From positions 34,038,001 to 34,102,000 of the forward strand of contig OX597825.1 of the NCBI GenBank assembly GCA_951406725.2: a stretch of DNA of 64,000 bases, given 5' to 3'. Shown here piece by piece: positions 39,541-50,876 of this stretch. Each line of letters begins with the position of its first letter. The first letter of the stretch is position 1. Source of the stretch: Octopus vulgaris. Lineage: Eukaryota. The notes below the pieces were generated by a model. That model saw only the letters and a program-made list of their open reading frames with translations, had not been told where the DNA came from and made no database searches. Made by a program: the position numbers and the translations under genes.

Positions 39541-40055
39541 CTAGCAGTATCGCCTGGCGTTGCTCGGGTTTGTAAGGGAAATAACTATATAAGCATTTTT
39601 AGAGAGTTACTTCCCTTATAGATGCCAATTCGGGCTTTCTTAGCCATTTCTGTTTTGGTGTCTTCAAGCCATGAAGCCGTTGTTCTAAAAGAACGCTGGT
39701 CTCCTTGACAACGCATTACGACGTTGATTTCCTTAAACTCCCTTCTCCACAGCTTCACGAGGGAAGGAAGAAGGGGGAGAAGCAAACACAGGTGCAGGTG
39801 TTTGAGCGTGGACGCCAACTCCGCCGCCATCGACACACGAAAAATTATGCATTAAAATGGAATAAAAATGATGTTAAATTATTTTTAAAATCGTAGATCA
39901 TCGTAGACGCGCGCTAATAGCCAGACGGGCTCGATATTAATCACGACTATAAGATACCCGAATTTGGTTAAACTGCACCGCAAAATGTGGGAGGAGTTAG
40001 GAATCTAAATCGTAGGAGACAGACACTCGCACAACTACAGTTTTATATATATAGA
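39541..40055 (-). mobile_element. Complete non-autonomous Helitron
   Basis: Minus 5' TCTATATATATAAAA; 3' ccgagcaacgccagg hairpin region then CTAG; inserted in A|T. Confidence 0.85.
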
Positions 40056-40085
40056 TATGTATGTATATTTATATGTATATATATA

Positions 40086-40136
<51 letters not shown>

Positions 40137-40620
40137 ATTGTTGTTTCTAAATCTCTCAGCGAGAAATATTCAATAGTAGCATTTTAAAGTAAAGATGTTT
40201 TGCCAACCTAATGTGGCAGTCCCATTTTGGGACGAATGCTACTGTTGTTTATCCCCAGGAGACATCGTCTCCAGTTCGCTATACGACACATGATCTGTGT
40301 CCTTATATTTTGGAACAGGGGAGTTTAGCACCCCACCACCGAGTACAAAGCAATATTTGTGGGCTCTATGGTTTCTCTGCCGACGAAGAGGAAATAACAC
40401 TGAAACCGTAAGCATGGGACGCATCTATCTATCTAGCTAGGTAGCTGACGGTCTGAATGTATGTATGTATGTATGTATGTATGTATGTATGTGTGTGCGT
40501 GTGTGTGTTTGTGTGTGTGTGTCTGTGTTGAAGAGTAACACATGAGTAGATATGTATAAGGGAAATATAACGAGGTAGAAAATGCTAAAATAATTTTAAA
40601 ATGAAGTATATTTTTAAATG

Positions 40621-40658
40621 TTAGTACCGGTTTCAGTCTTTTCGACATTTTCAACTTA
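40621..40658 (-). ncRNA. Minimal hammerhead-like motif, U3:A8 core variant
   Basis: Minus: taag-TTGAAAA-tgtc gaaaa gact-GAAA-ccgg-TA-ctaa. Confidence 0.45.
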
Positions 40659-41387
40659 GAGTAAAACAAGAAAAACAATTAAATTGAAGGAAAAATTAAA
40701 TGCAATGTTTTGTAAGTATTTCCATAGTCTTCAAATAGGTAGGACATTTTTCTTTTTTCTACCTCTCTCTCTCTTTTTCCTTTGTGAAGGTTCGGTGGGT
40801 AGTAGCAGATCTGAAGAAGTAGTTTTTATGGGTACAGAGAAATGCTGGTTCTGAATTTTTCAAATAGAGACGCCTTTAGAACCTCAGAAGTATACGGTAA
40901 ATTAACTTTACAAAGTGGAAAAATTTGTCAACAATTAGTTATGCAAAGCAAACCCATATCTCTTGCTATAACTAATGCTTCAAGAACACACACACACACA
41001 CACACACACACATGCCTGTACAATCATATATAAATGTTTAGTGCACTGATCAAAGGAAATTTATATTTGAAACATGGAATACCCTATTTATTGACTAGGT
41101 AAATGCTGCCCTCTTTAAATATCATTGGCAGATGTGGCGGAGACATTATGGGAACCGGAGTAAGTGGGATAACTTCACATCGGCTGAGGTTTCGTGAGTA
41201 GAGTTTTGTTCTAAATGTTTTCGATTACCAAATTAATTTTAAAAATGGTATTCTTCTCTCCATTTATTGAGAGGCAATGTGATTCAGGCCATTTGAGTCT
41301 GACAAATTGCCTATTATGCTAAGGACATTATAGGTGCCAAACCAATTGTCACACTCTGACCAGCATTAAAAATCAGGCCTCTAAAGA

Positions 41388-41426
<39 letters not shown>

Positions 41427-41449
41427 AGAGAGAGAGAGAGAGAGGGGGG

Positions 41450-44400
41450 TTCTTTATTAGCCACACAGGACTGGACACTGACGGGACAAACTACAAAGTA
41501 GAGCTTTACATTTTGGGGAGAGAAAAAAACCCCAAAAAAGTGTTGTAGGTTTTCGATCAAAAGGGATCGTAGAGAGGAAAAAGAAAAAAAGAAAAGGAAA
41601 AAAACGATCAATAGGGATCGTGTATCACATAAATGTCATGATGTAAAGTGTAAAGGGGGAAGCAGATAAGGTTTATCCATGGCAAGAATAGCCTACGGAA
41701 AAGACCACGGTAACCTCAGTCATTAATGTCACATGTTAACACGTTTATTTGCAAGTAAGTAACTCTCTGTTTTAAATTTTTCTGAGTTCATAGGATTATG
41801 CTTAAGGTAGCTTCGTCATTCATACGTGCCATCTTTGCTACATTCACACATCTTTTTCATGAAACATTCGCAAGACAAAACTTGCCTCTCTACTCTCTCA
41901 TTCCTTTTCAAGTGATACTTGAAGAAGTTGATGAGAGATTGACCAGAGAGGAAAGTGTTTGTCTCTAATCCTTTCATACGCGTCCACCAGATACATTCTT
42001 TCGCCATAACCACAAGTATGATGAAAATAGCTCTTCCTTCCCGTTTGAAGGAAGGAGGCGTGACGATATTGACGATAGACTCGGCTGATAAACCGACTCG
42101 TCCCACACGTGACAGCAATCGTTCGACATAAGTCCACAGGTCGGAAATGGTTGGACACTGCACGAGTGCGTGCAGAACGGCCTCATCGCTCTGACTGCAT
42201 CTCGGTCAGGTCGGCCCTGTGTTTCTCGAGCCGTGTCCGTAGAGTTTATCCCAAATAGGTAGCGCTTCTCGGTAGCGCTGTCAGGCCAGAGATCTCTGGA
42301 AGTTGTCCATAGGTCCTAGCCCGAAAGTCGTCCGGAACAGGTGGGTCAGGTATTCCTCGTTGACGCCCAGGTTCGCTCCGAGCTCTTCGTCGTACCTCCC
42401 CTCCACTAATCCCCTATAGAATGCCTTGGTTGTATTGAAGTCGCTCAAGGTCGACCCGCGAGGGCATAGTTGCTTGAGAGCAACGCAACACTCGTGGTGC
42501 CATTCGCCCATCCTCGGCCTCTTTCTGATCCACGACTGCAGTTCGGTCATGGAGACAAGTTGCGGGAAAGCGTGCCTCACAAACGGCGATCACACCTGTT
42601 CACCGTCATCTACGTAGAAACGGAGATGTCACAGTCTCAGCGCGTGTCTGCACATCATCAACCACGGCATGCCCAGACCTCCTTTTAACGGGTGTTGACA
42701 GCAAATGGATCGCCTGACCATCGGGACCCATCTTTTCCACAAGAAGCGGAAGAGAATGTGTTCTAGTTTGGTGATGGTAGGGTCAGAACAAGGCACGACG
42801 GTCAGGCGGTAGTAGATGACGGACGCGAGTACGTGTTCGCTACCTCCGCCCGACCTTTTAGGGACGGTTTCCACTCGGCCCATTGCCGGGCAAGAGTGAT
42901 CACCCTACTAGTTTTCTTGTTCCAGTTCTTATCCATTTGGAGGTCCGGACCAAACCAGACCCCGAGCAACTCGACCGGACCGTCGGTCCAGCGTCCCACG
43001 AGAGAGGCGCTGGTGGACGGCATGGGCTTACTTCTCCATATGCCGAGCCGCAAGCCCACTGACTTGTTCCGGTTGATTTTCGTTCCTGTCACCGCTTCGT
43101 AGTCTTGCAGTGTCTCAACGACCAGCTCGATGTGCTCGTAGCTAGACACTATGACGGTGACGTCTTCCGCGTATGCAGGTACGCTCGTCCCGCATCCCAA
43201 TTCTCACGGGATGCCCCCCAACCAGAGTCGCCAGCTTCCGAAGTAATGGCTCGAGAGTCAATACGTACAGAAGCGACGAGAGGGGCATCCCTGACGGACC
43301 GAACGCGCAATGTCGAAAGGTCTCGATAGATGTCCATTTACGCGAATTACCGAAAGGATACCTCCGCACAAAGCAGCTACCCAGCCGCCGAAGATGGGAC
43401 CGAAACCAGCCGCTCTGAGGACAGCACCCAAGTATCGATGGTCTACCTTATCGAAAGCTTTTGATTGATCCAAATTGATCAGGGCCCCACCCATGCCAAG
43501 TTCCTTAACTACCCTGTCTATGATGTAGCGCATCAGATGGAGGTTATCATTGATGCTCCGGCCTGGCACGGCGTACGTTTGTGTCTTGTCGACCAGTTTC
43601 TCGAGGACAAACGCCAACCTCTTGGCTAACACCTTGGGCAAAATTTTCAAGTCTGCATTAAGCAGAGTGATGGGCTTAAAGTTATCTATTAGGTCCCCCT
43701 TGTTTAGATCTTTCTTCAGCAGTGTTACAACTCCTCGGCTCACAAAACCAGGGATGCTCCCGTTTTGCAGCCAGTTGCAGTACACCGCTGCCAAGACGTC
43801 TCCAAACAAGTCTGGCATACAACTGTAAAGCTCGTAGGGTAGACCATCCAAACCCGGAGATTTGTCCCTTGAGCATTCTGCCATCGCGTCCCGCACTTCC
43901 ACCGCCGTGATGGCACCTTCACAGCGCCCTACATCTTTCGTCGAGAGTCGTTGGAGGCTGTGTAGGTAGGCACTGAAGTTCACCCTACGTTCTTGCCCGC
44001 CACTCGTCCTGAAATGACAGGCAAAATGCTGTTTAAAGACCTCACACATTTTACTTGGCTCGAGTAATTCCCATCCCAGATCATCTACCAGAGACCGAAT
44101 GGTGGCTTTGTTGCCCTGTTGCTCCTCTGCCACCCGGGCCTCTCGCGCGGCTCCAACACCTTCGTTCCTTAGAGCACGCATGCTAGCTCTGACAACACAT
44201 CCTTCATGTTTGGTGTTGAAGTGTTGGTCAAGAGCCAACCTCGCCGCCAATACATCGGATGCGATGCCGCTTCTAATTGCCTCTTCTAGCTTCTTAACTA
44301 GCTCACCCTCTACTCTGTTTCTATCTATGGCTAGTGCTTTGCCATATCTAATCGCTTCTGCTTTTATTGCTCTCTTGAGGGCAAACCACCATTTGTTGTT

Positions 44401-45100
44401 GATGATGTCTCCCGTCAAAGCCCTCTTTACGAGTGTGCTAATTTGGTATCTGAAAACCTGTCTCGATGGAAAAGACGCGTTTAGTTTCCAGTACTCGGGA
44501 CCCTGCCTATGTGCCTTACCTAAGTTTAGCGTACATGTCACAAGTTTGTGATCCGTGTAGCTATGTGGAATTGTGGACATCCTACGCTATCTCTATCTAC
44601 TGTCCTGCACAGTATCCTATCTAGATACGATCTCAACGACCCGATGCGGTTGCTCCACGTCCACAGTGACGCATTCGGATGGTCGAGTCGGTACCTGTCA
44701 GACAGTTGAAAGTGTCTGAGCAGGTCTCTGAGGCATTTGCATCCCCGTCTATTCCTATCTCTGCCCACGTAGTCTACATGTGTGTCCAAAGTAGCATTCC
44801 AATCCCCTACTAAAAGCAAAGGACGAGACGTTCCTAGGAATACTTCTAGACGTCGAAAAGAAATCCGCCCGACCTGTTAAAGGCGGTGCGTAGACTGATA
44901 CGAGTCGAAAAGTGCACCCATTGCTGCCATCGACGTCTAGGACAACTAGTCTACCCTCCGATTCTACGAATATTGTCTTTACTTTGAGATCCAGACTCTT
45001 GCGAAAAAGTACTGCGGTGCCACTACCGCCCAGTCTTGGCAGACAGGCGGGGAGGGGGCAATAAATGTTAAAATGTCCGCCAGACATGGTCTTTAGGGCC
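41450..45100 (-). mobile_element. Tx1/L1-clade LINE, 5'-truncated ORF2 (APE + RT + C-terminal Cys region), frameshifted
   Basis: LVSVYAP, LVGDWNA, SYLDRI, TDHKLV, SPGLDGLP, PITLLNADLKIL, LDQSKAFDKVDH, SVRQGCP, AYAEDVT; AATAAA then (TC)n at 3' end. Confidence 0.95.
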
Positions 45101-45310
45101 TCAACATAAGGAAAACACGGTGGAACATGCTCATAAAAATTCTGACACATGTAAGTATAACAGGCGGAGTAATAAGAAGTAGGTACTGTTACAGAGATCA
45201 TCTGCCTTGTAGATGTGAATATCTCATCGATAATCGTAAAGAAAGAAGATGAGTATGATTACTTTACAAGATTAAATTCTTAAAAAATATATCGTAAAAT
45301 AAGCTCATAC

Positions 45311-45352
45311 TTATTTTTGGTCGATCGTTCGTACTTGAAGTAGTACCAGTAT
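45311..45352 (-). CDS. 42-nt symmetric micro-exon (phase 1: -TGTTSSTNDRPKI)
   Basis: ttttgtctttatag|...|gtatgag; paralogous to 39177-39215 with homologous intron flanks. Confidence 0.6.
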   Translation of the reverse strand: MLVLLQVRTIDQK

Positions 45353-45611
45353 CTATAAAGACAAAAGAAAGAAAATAGACAAAAAATGAGATCAATAAGC
45401 TATATTACAACATGTTTCTTTTTTTTTCTTTGCTTTCAACTTGAAATTACATTCCACAGAGTAAATGATACAATTCTAAAAGATATTGTATATTTCACGG
45501 CTCCCTTTTAACTTCCAGCTCCCTTACTGTTCTCAGAATAATCATTTAATGTTCATATCTACAACTTGTATATAAAAATAAACACAGATGCATGTTTGTG
45601 TATGTATATAG

Positions 45612-45644
<33 letters not shown>

Positions 45645-45837
45645 GTGCGTGTGTATCGTTGTCGATTTTTTCCTCCGTCTTCCCTTGGATCTTTCCTTTT
45701 TCTATGTTTCTGACGAAAAGCTCCGCTCGAAACGTTGTTTCCTCCTTCTTTCTTTCCTTTATTGAGCGTCCAATAACACCATACTTGTTCCACGTCCTCG
45801 CGTTGTTGTGTTTACACTTTGTGTTTAAATATATATA

Positions 45838-46078
45838 TATATTAGAAAAATAAGGTACTCAGAGATCTAGATAGTTGTACATTTACAGATTTTTTATTAA
45901 TATGTCACATGTTTTTATAAAACTCTTGTAGATTCTTCAGATTTCTTCAAATCTGAAAAATCTACTAGCGTAGATGCAAGCACTAGTATATGTTTTATAA
46001 AAACATATGACATTAAGAAAAATCTGTAAATGTACAACCAACCAGATCTCTGAGTACCTTATTTTTCCTAATATATAA
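45838..46078. repeat. Foldback inverted repeat (~85 bp arms) with nested hairpin
   Basis: aaaaataaggtactcagagatct...ttttataaaac / gttttataaaa...agatctctgagtaccttattttt; inner tagattcttcagattt/aaatctgaaaaatcta. Confidence 0.85.
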
Positions 46079-46103
46079 TACCTGTATATCACCTTCAAAC
46101 CTA

Positions 46104-46162
<59 letters not shown>

Positions 46163-46283
46163 CATAGCATTTTGCTAGCACCAAGGAAAGTGCAGGATGA
46201 CAATCAGCCAGAACTGTCGCTATGCTGTCTCTCTTCTTTACTCTCTCTGTCTCTCTTATGATGTCCGATTCCACTTTAAGTTG

Positions 46284-46342
<59 letters not shown>

Positions 46343-46344
46343 AT

Positions 46345-47120
46345 AAAACGGTAAGATAACAAAAGAAAGAAAGAGACCTCAATATTATGTAAATAGAGGA
46401 AATTTATCTATACAATATGTTACATTACTCGGTAGTCAAGATAAAACTCTGAGTTTCAGATGCCGAAGTGGAAATCCACAACACCATCTCTTCGGTTATC
46501 TGGCTATTTGAAAACGTTATGAAAAAATACCGTTAAAAATGAAGGGAAATTACTCTGTTATAACTCTGCTTTGCCTGTGTACTTATACATCGCTCGCATT
46601 TTTCGTCATAAAAATTATATAAAAATACATAAAAAATATATAAAAATATATAAAAATATATAAAATCTTCTTGGGACATAACACAGAAAGCATGTTCTAT
46701 CCGTTTTCTTTAGGGGACCAAAAACGTAACAGAAATTTAGTCACATGTGGGCATGATCCGAAAAGTTCTGTCCTTGTATTTAGACATGTGGTAGGGTCTA
46801 AGCTGCTTTTCCAGATAAGCCATATCTCCATGTCGCATAAACCGCACCTTCCGCTGCCGTTAGTATAGGGCTTACATCTGGCCAAAATCTTCCATTGTAT
46901 GTTATAATCGACACCTTTATCTCTTAAAGACCAAATATGATTGGATAATTGTGTCGCTTTTCTTTGTTCCAGTGCCTAAAGCTCAAAGTGTGGTTATTGA
47001 ACCTGGCCTTGAAATTACCCTCTGTCAGGCCCACGTATTTCTTCGTCAAAACGGTGTCTTTAGTGGTTATAGAGTTTACGGTAGCCTCATATATGATGGT
47101 CTTGGACATGCAAGCTCCAT
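46345..47120 (-). mobile_element. Penelope-like element 3' fragment: GIY-YIG endonuclease plus pLTR
   Basis: IIYEATV...YVGLTEGNFKARFNNH, CGLC...LNTRTELFGSCPH (Naiad-like C-terminus by recollection); pLTR similar to 5310-5540. Confidence 0.85.
46439..46501 (-). ncRNA. Hammerhead motif in Penelope pLTR (U4C substitution)
   Basis: Minus: agataa-CCGAAGA-gatg...catc-t-GAAA-ctcagag-TT-ttatct; 6-bp stem I. Confidence 0.65.
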
Positions 47121-47752
47121 TTATATATATATATATATATATATTGTGTTAAGATTTGTTATCAATCAATTATCCTTATTCAGAAGAACCAGTGAAAAGT
47201 AACAACCACATACAATCACCGAACATCTCCACTACATAACAGCGCCAAATTAACCCTCTTCACCTTTAGAGCTGACATGAAAAACTACGAGTTAAAAGGC
47301 AACCATTTTAAGTAAGCAAAAAAATGTTATTGCTATTTAAACGCTTAAAATGTTGGCGTTAATAATCTTATTCTTTAGTTACAGTCTATCATTTAAACTA
47401 AATAATAGGCAGAATTGTCGGATTATGACAGTAGGGTGTTTTGTGTGTGTCTTGGCTACTATTTCTACCAGGTCTAGCTACGTCTACCTGCCATGTGGGG
47501 GTCCCCTCATTGGCTTATATATACATATATACATAAACACAAAGTAAAATACTTAAAGTAACAGGCTTCAAGCCAAGGTCCATGCAGTGTCAAGAGCCCC
47601 AAAATTTTCCAACTTCATGCCTATTGCGAGCCCAGAGCAATCTCATCTCGCCCACTATTTCAGTATTACGTCTCTATTGTAATGTGAGATAATACTTTCA
47701 GTTTGAAAGAGGTCTGCTCTATACATACATACATATACATATACATACACAT

Positions 47753-47814
<62 letters not shown>

Positions 47815-47841
47815 CTTATATATACATATATATATATATAT

Positions 47842-47884
<43 letters not shown>

Positions 47885-48241
47885 CAGGTTATAATTATTT
47901 CTATAACATAATTTAAAGGCATGTTAAAGAGAATTTATTTTAATAACTTGAATTGTCTGTATAAAGAATTTAAAAAATGAAAAAAGTGGAAAGTTTAGTA
48001 AATAGGGGCAGGGTAAGGTTGAATATTTTAAAGCATTTGCAGCGTGTAAGATGTTTGTAAGCAATTCCAGAACAACAACAGCCGTTACTTTCCCTGCAAA
48101 ATTTAACTTTCGTTTGTGTCTAATCTGACTTTAGTTTGTGTCGCGCTGCTTCTGTTTCATCAGTGAACAAATCTCGGTTTCAAACCGACAAAAATATCGA
48201 GATTGAAATGAGATTTAAATGTTGCAGTGAACCAACCGTTT

Positions 48242-48300
<59 letters not shown>

Positions 48301-48324
48301 TGTGTGTGTGTGTGTGTGCGTGTA

Positions 48325-48376
<52 letters not shown>

Positions 48377-48403
48377 TTGTTGAATGGCTTACAAACATCT
48401 ACT

Positions 48404-48722
48404 GGATCTTTTCCTTTTGAACGGCACATGTCAACACAATTTCTAGTTAACTAAACACTTTTAAACTTCGTATACTGGTAGAATATCTTTATAAAACATC
48501 ATTTTTTCTTGGCTTTATTGAGAAAATTCTATATGTCGTAACATATTTCCACTTTAATTTCAAGCATTTCGGCAATTTTAACCAATCGCTGACCTCCATT
48601 TAGGTAAACAACATTCCGTGCTGTATGAATATGTCCCTCGATTAAGAAACAGATTGGGTTTATTTACATTTGCGAAGAAAAAAAGATACCCTTCCCCCGA
48701 CCCTAACCCTAACTCTAACTAA
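48404..48722. mobile_element. Left arm of the Merlin-like foldback MITE
   Basis: Starts ggatcttttccttttgaacggca; ends in (CCCTAA)n like 6348-6600. Confidence 0.75.
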
Positions 48723-48768
48723 CTAAAATAAAGCAAAAGTAGGCGTAACTTTTTAAGTAACTGACATA

Positions 48769-50058
48769 CGAGGGACGTTCAATAAGTAATGCCTCTGACT
48801 CACTTGCAGTTGTTTGATCTAGCTGAAATTTTGCATGTGCAATCATTTATATCTCTATAGAGTAAGTGGCAAATTACAGCTCTGAATTAATTGTGGTTTA
48901 TGATTTACAGGTGTTTGAACCGAGTCAAGTGTGAAATGGAGCCTGTTGAGTGTCGAGCAGTGATCCGGTTTTTGTATTTGAAAGGACGCACACCACGGGA
49001 GACTTTTGATGAAATGAAAGTAACTTATGGTGATGATGCCCCATCATATGACCTTGTAAAACGCTGGCATCGTGAATTCAAACATGGTCGGAACTCTGTG
49101 GAAACAGCTCCCAGATCTGGCGACCCCTTCTGCCATTGATGAGGCATCTGTTCGTCAAGTTGAGGCTGCCATTTTGGAAGATCGACGCATAACTATTGGC
49201 CAAATAGCCCATGAGGTCAAGATTAGTACCGGGTCTGTGGAAACTATCATTCATGACCATTTGCATATGCAAAAGGTGTCTGCCAGATGGATTCCCAGGT
49301 TGCTCACGCCTTTCCAGAAGCAAGAACGCGTCGAGTGCTCGAGGGTGAATTTGGAGATGTGCCAAGAAGATGAGTCAAAATTTTTCAAAAGACTGATTAC
49401 ACAGGATGAAACCTGGGTCCATCACGATGATCCAGAGACCAAAGCCCAGTCAATGCAGTGGAAGCACTGTGACTCACCCCCTCCAAAGAAGGCAAGGGTG
49501 CAGCCCTCCGCTGTCAAGGTCATGCTCACAGTCTTCTGAGACCAGGACGGAGTAGTGATGACAGATTTCCTGGCAAAGGGTACCACAATTGCAGGAGCCT
49601 ATTATGCTTCACTTTTGAGGAAATTAAGAGAAGTTATCAAAATCAAGAGGCGGGGCAAGATCAGCAAAGGCATCCTCCTCCTGCAGGACAACGCTCCGGT
49701 CCACAACTCGCTTGTCGCCAGATCAGAAGCACAGGCGTATGGCTATGAACTCCTCCCCATCCCCCCTACTTTCCTGACCTTGCACCCTCTGATTTTCACC
49801 TCTTCCCAATCATGAAGTTGTTTTTGAAAGGAAAACGTTTCCCAGATGATGCAGCCTTGATTTCTGAAGTCACGTTGAGGTTGGAGGACCAAGCTGGGTT
49901 CTTCTACAAAAACGGTCTCCAGAGCCGCATCAAACGATGGGAGAAATGCGTAACTCTGGGTGGTTCCTATATAGAAAAAGACAAATTACTGTGCCAAGTT
50001 TCGTTGCTCTACTGCTATGGGAAGTGGGTCAGAGGCATTACTTATTGAACGCCCCTCG
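48769..50058 (+). mobile_element. Full-length mariner element (1290 bp, irritans-like TIRs), inactive transposase
   Basis: TA-cgagggacgttcaataagtaatgcctctgac ... gtcagaggcattacttattgaacgcccctcg-TA; WIPRLL, ITQDETW, LLQDNAP, PDLAPSDF; ATG 48936, frameshifts and stop at 49537. Confidence 0.95.
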
Positions 50059-50137
50059 TAGGTCATTCAAATTGTATATGTTGGTACAATAACACTTCCA
50101 TAGTAATGCTTCTTCCTTGTATTATTCCTCTTCATTA

Positions 50138-50340
50138 AGGCAGCAAACTGAAAGGATTGTTAGCTGGATGGACAAAATACTCAGCAGCATTTTGTCCATC
50201 TTATGTTCTGAGTTTAAATGCTGCATGAGTTGACTTTGTCTTTTTTGGTGAATGAAATAAGTACCAGTTCTGGAATCAATGAAATCAACTAGCCCCCTCC
50301 CCCAAAATCTCAGGCATTGTATCTATAATAGAAAGGATTC
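50138..50340 (+). mobile_element. Degenerate SINE (~210 bp family)
   Basis: ttctgagtttaaat...aataagtaccagtt...ccccctccccaaaat. Confidence 0.65.
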
Positions 50341-50819
50341 TTCTTCTTCATTGTAAACAAATAATGGGTTTCAAGGAGAAATAGTGTACTGTTACTGAGT
50401 TCTTGACAAAGAGGGGCTGCAGGCTGAGACAGCTACAGGTTATTGACAGCGATGACACAATTCGCAGAGAGATTAGTGAAAGAATAAAAAAGGAAACATA
50501 CAATATCATCAGAAGGTTGAACTAAACAAGTCCTATCCTATGTATGGCCTGATGGATGTATATGGACAGAATGGAGAGAGGGATGAAGAAGTTTATAGAA
50601 GGGGAAACTAGCATTCCATATACACTAAAAATCAAAGAAATACATACCAAAAACTGATGCTGATGTATTTTCTTCTAAATCAGTTTGTTCATCTTCTGTA
50701 GTAATTGTCATTATGTTCTGGGTACTGCCATATGAAGTATATGGAATAGTTGGTTCTCTCACATGATCTGGACATTAAAAAAAAATCGAGTGGATAAATC
50801 TTTCACATTTTACTATATT

Positions 50820-50875
<56 letters not shown>

Positions 50876-50876
<1 letters not shown>

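Noticed and set aside
45706-45740. Functional hammerhead CTGACGA-aaagctccgctc-GAAA-cg-TT
   Set aside because: The 3' strand of stem I (gttt) cannot pair with the 5' strand (gttt); counted only as a decayed copy.
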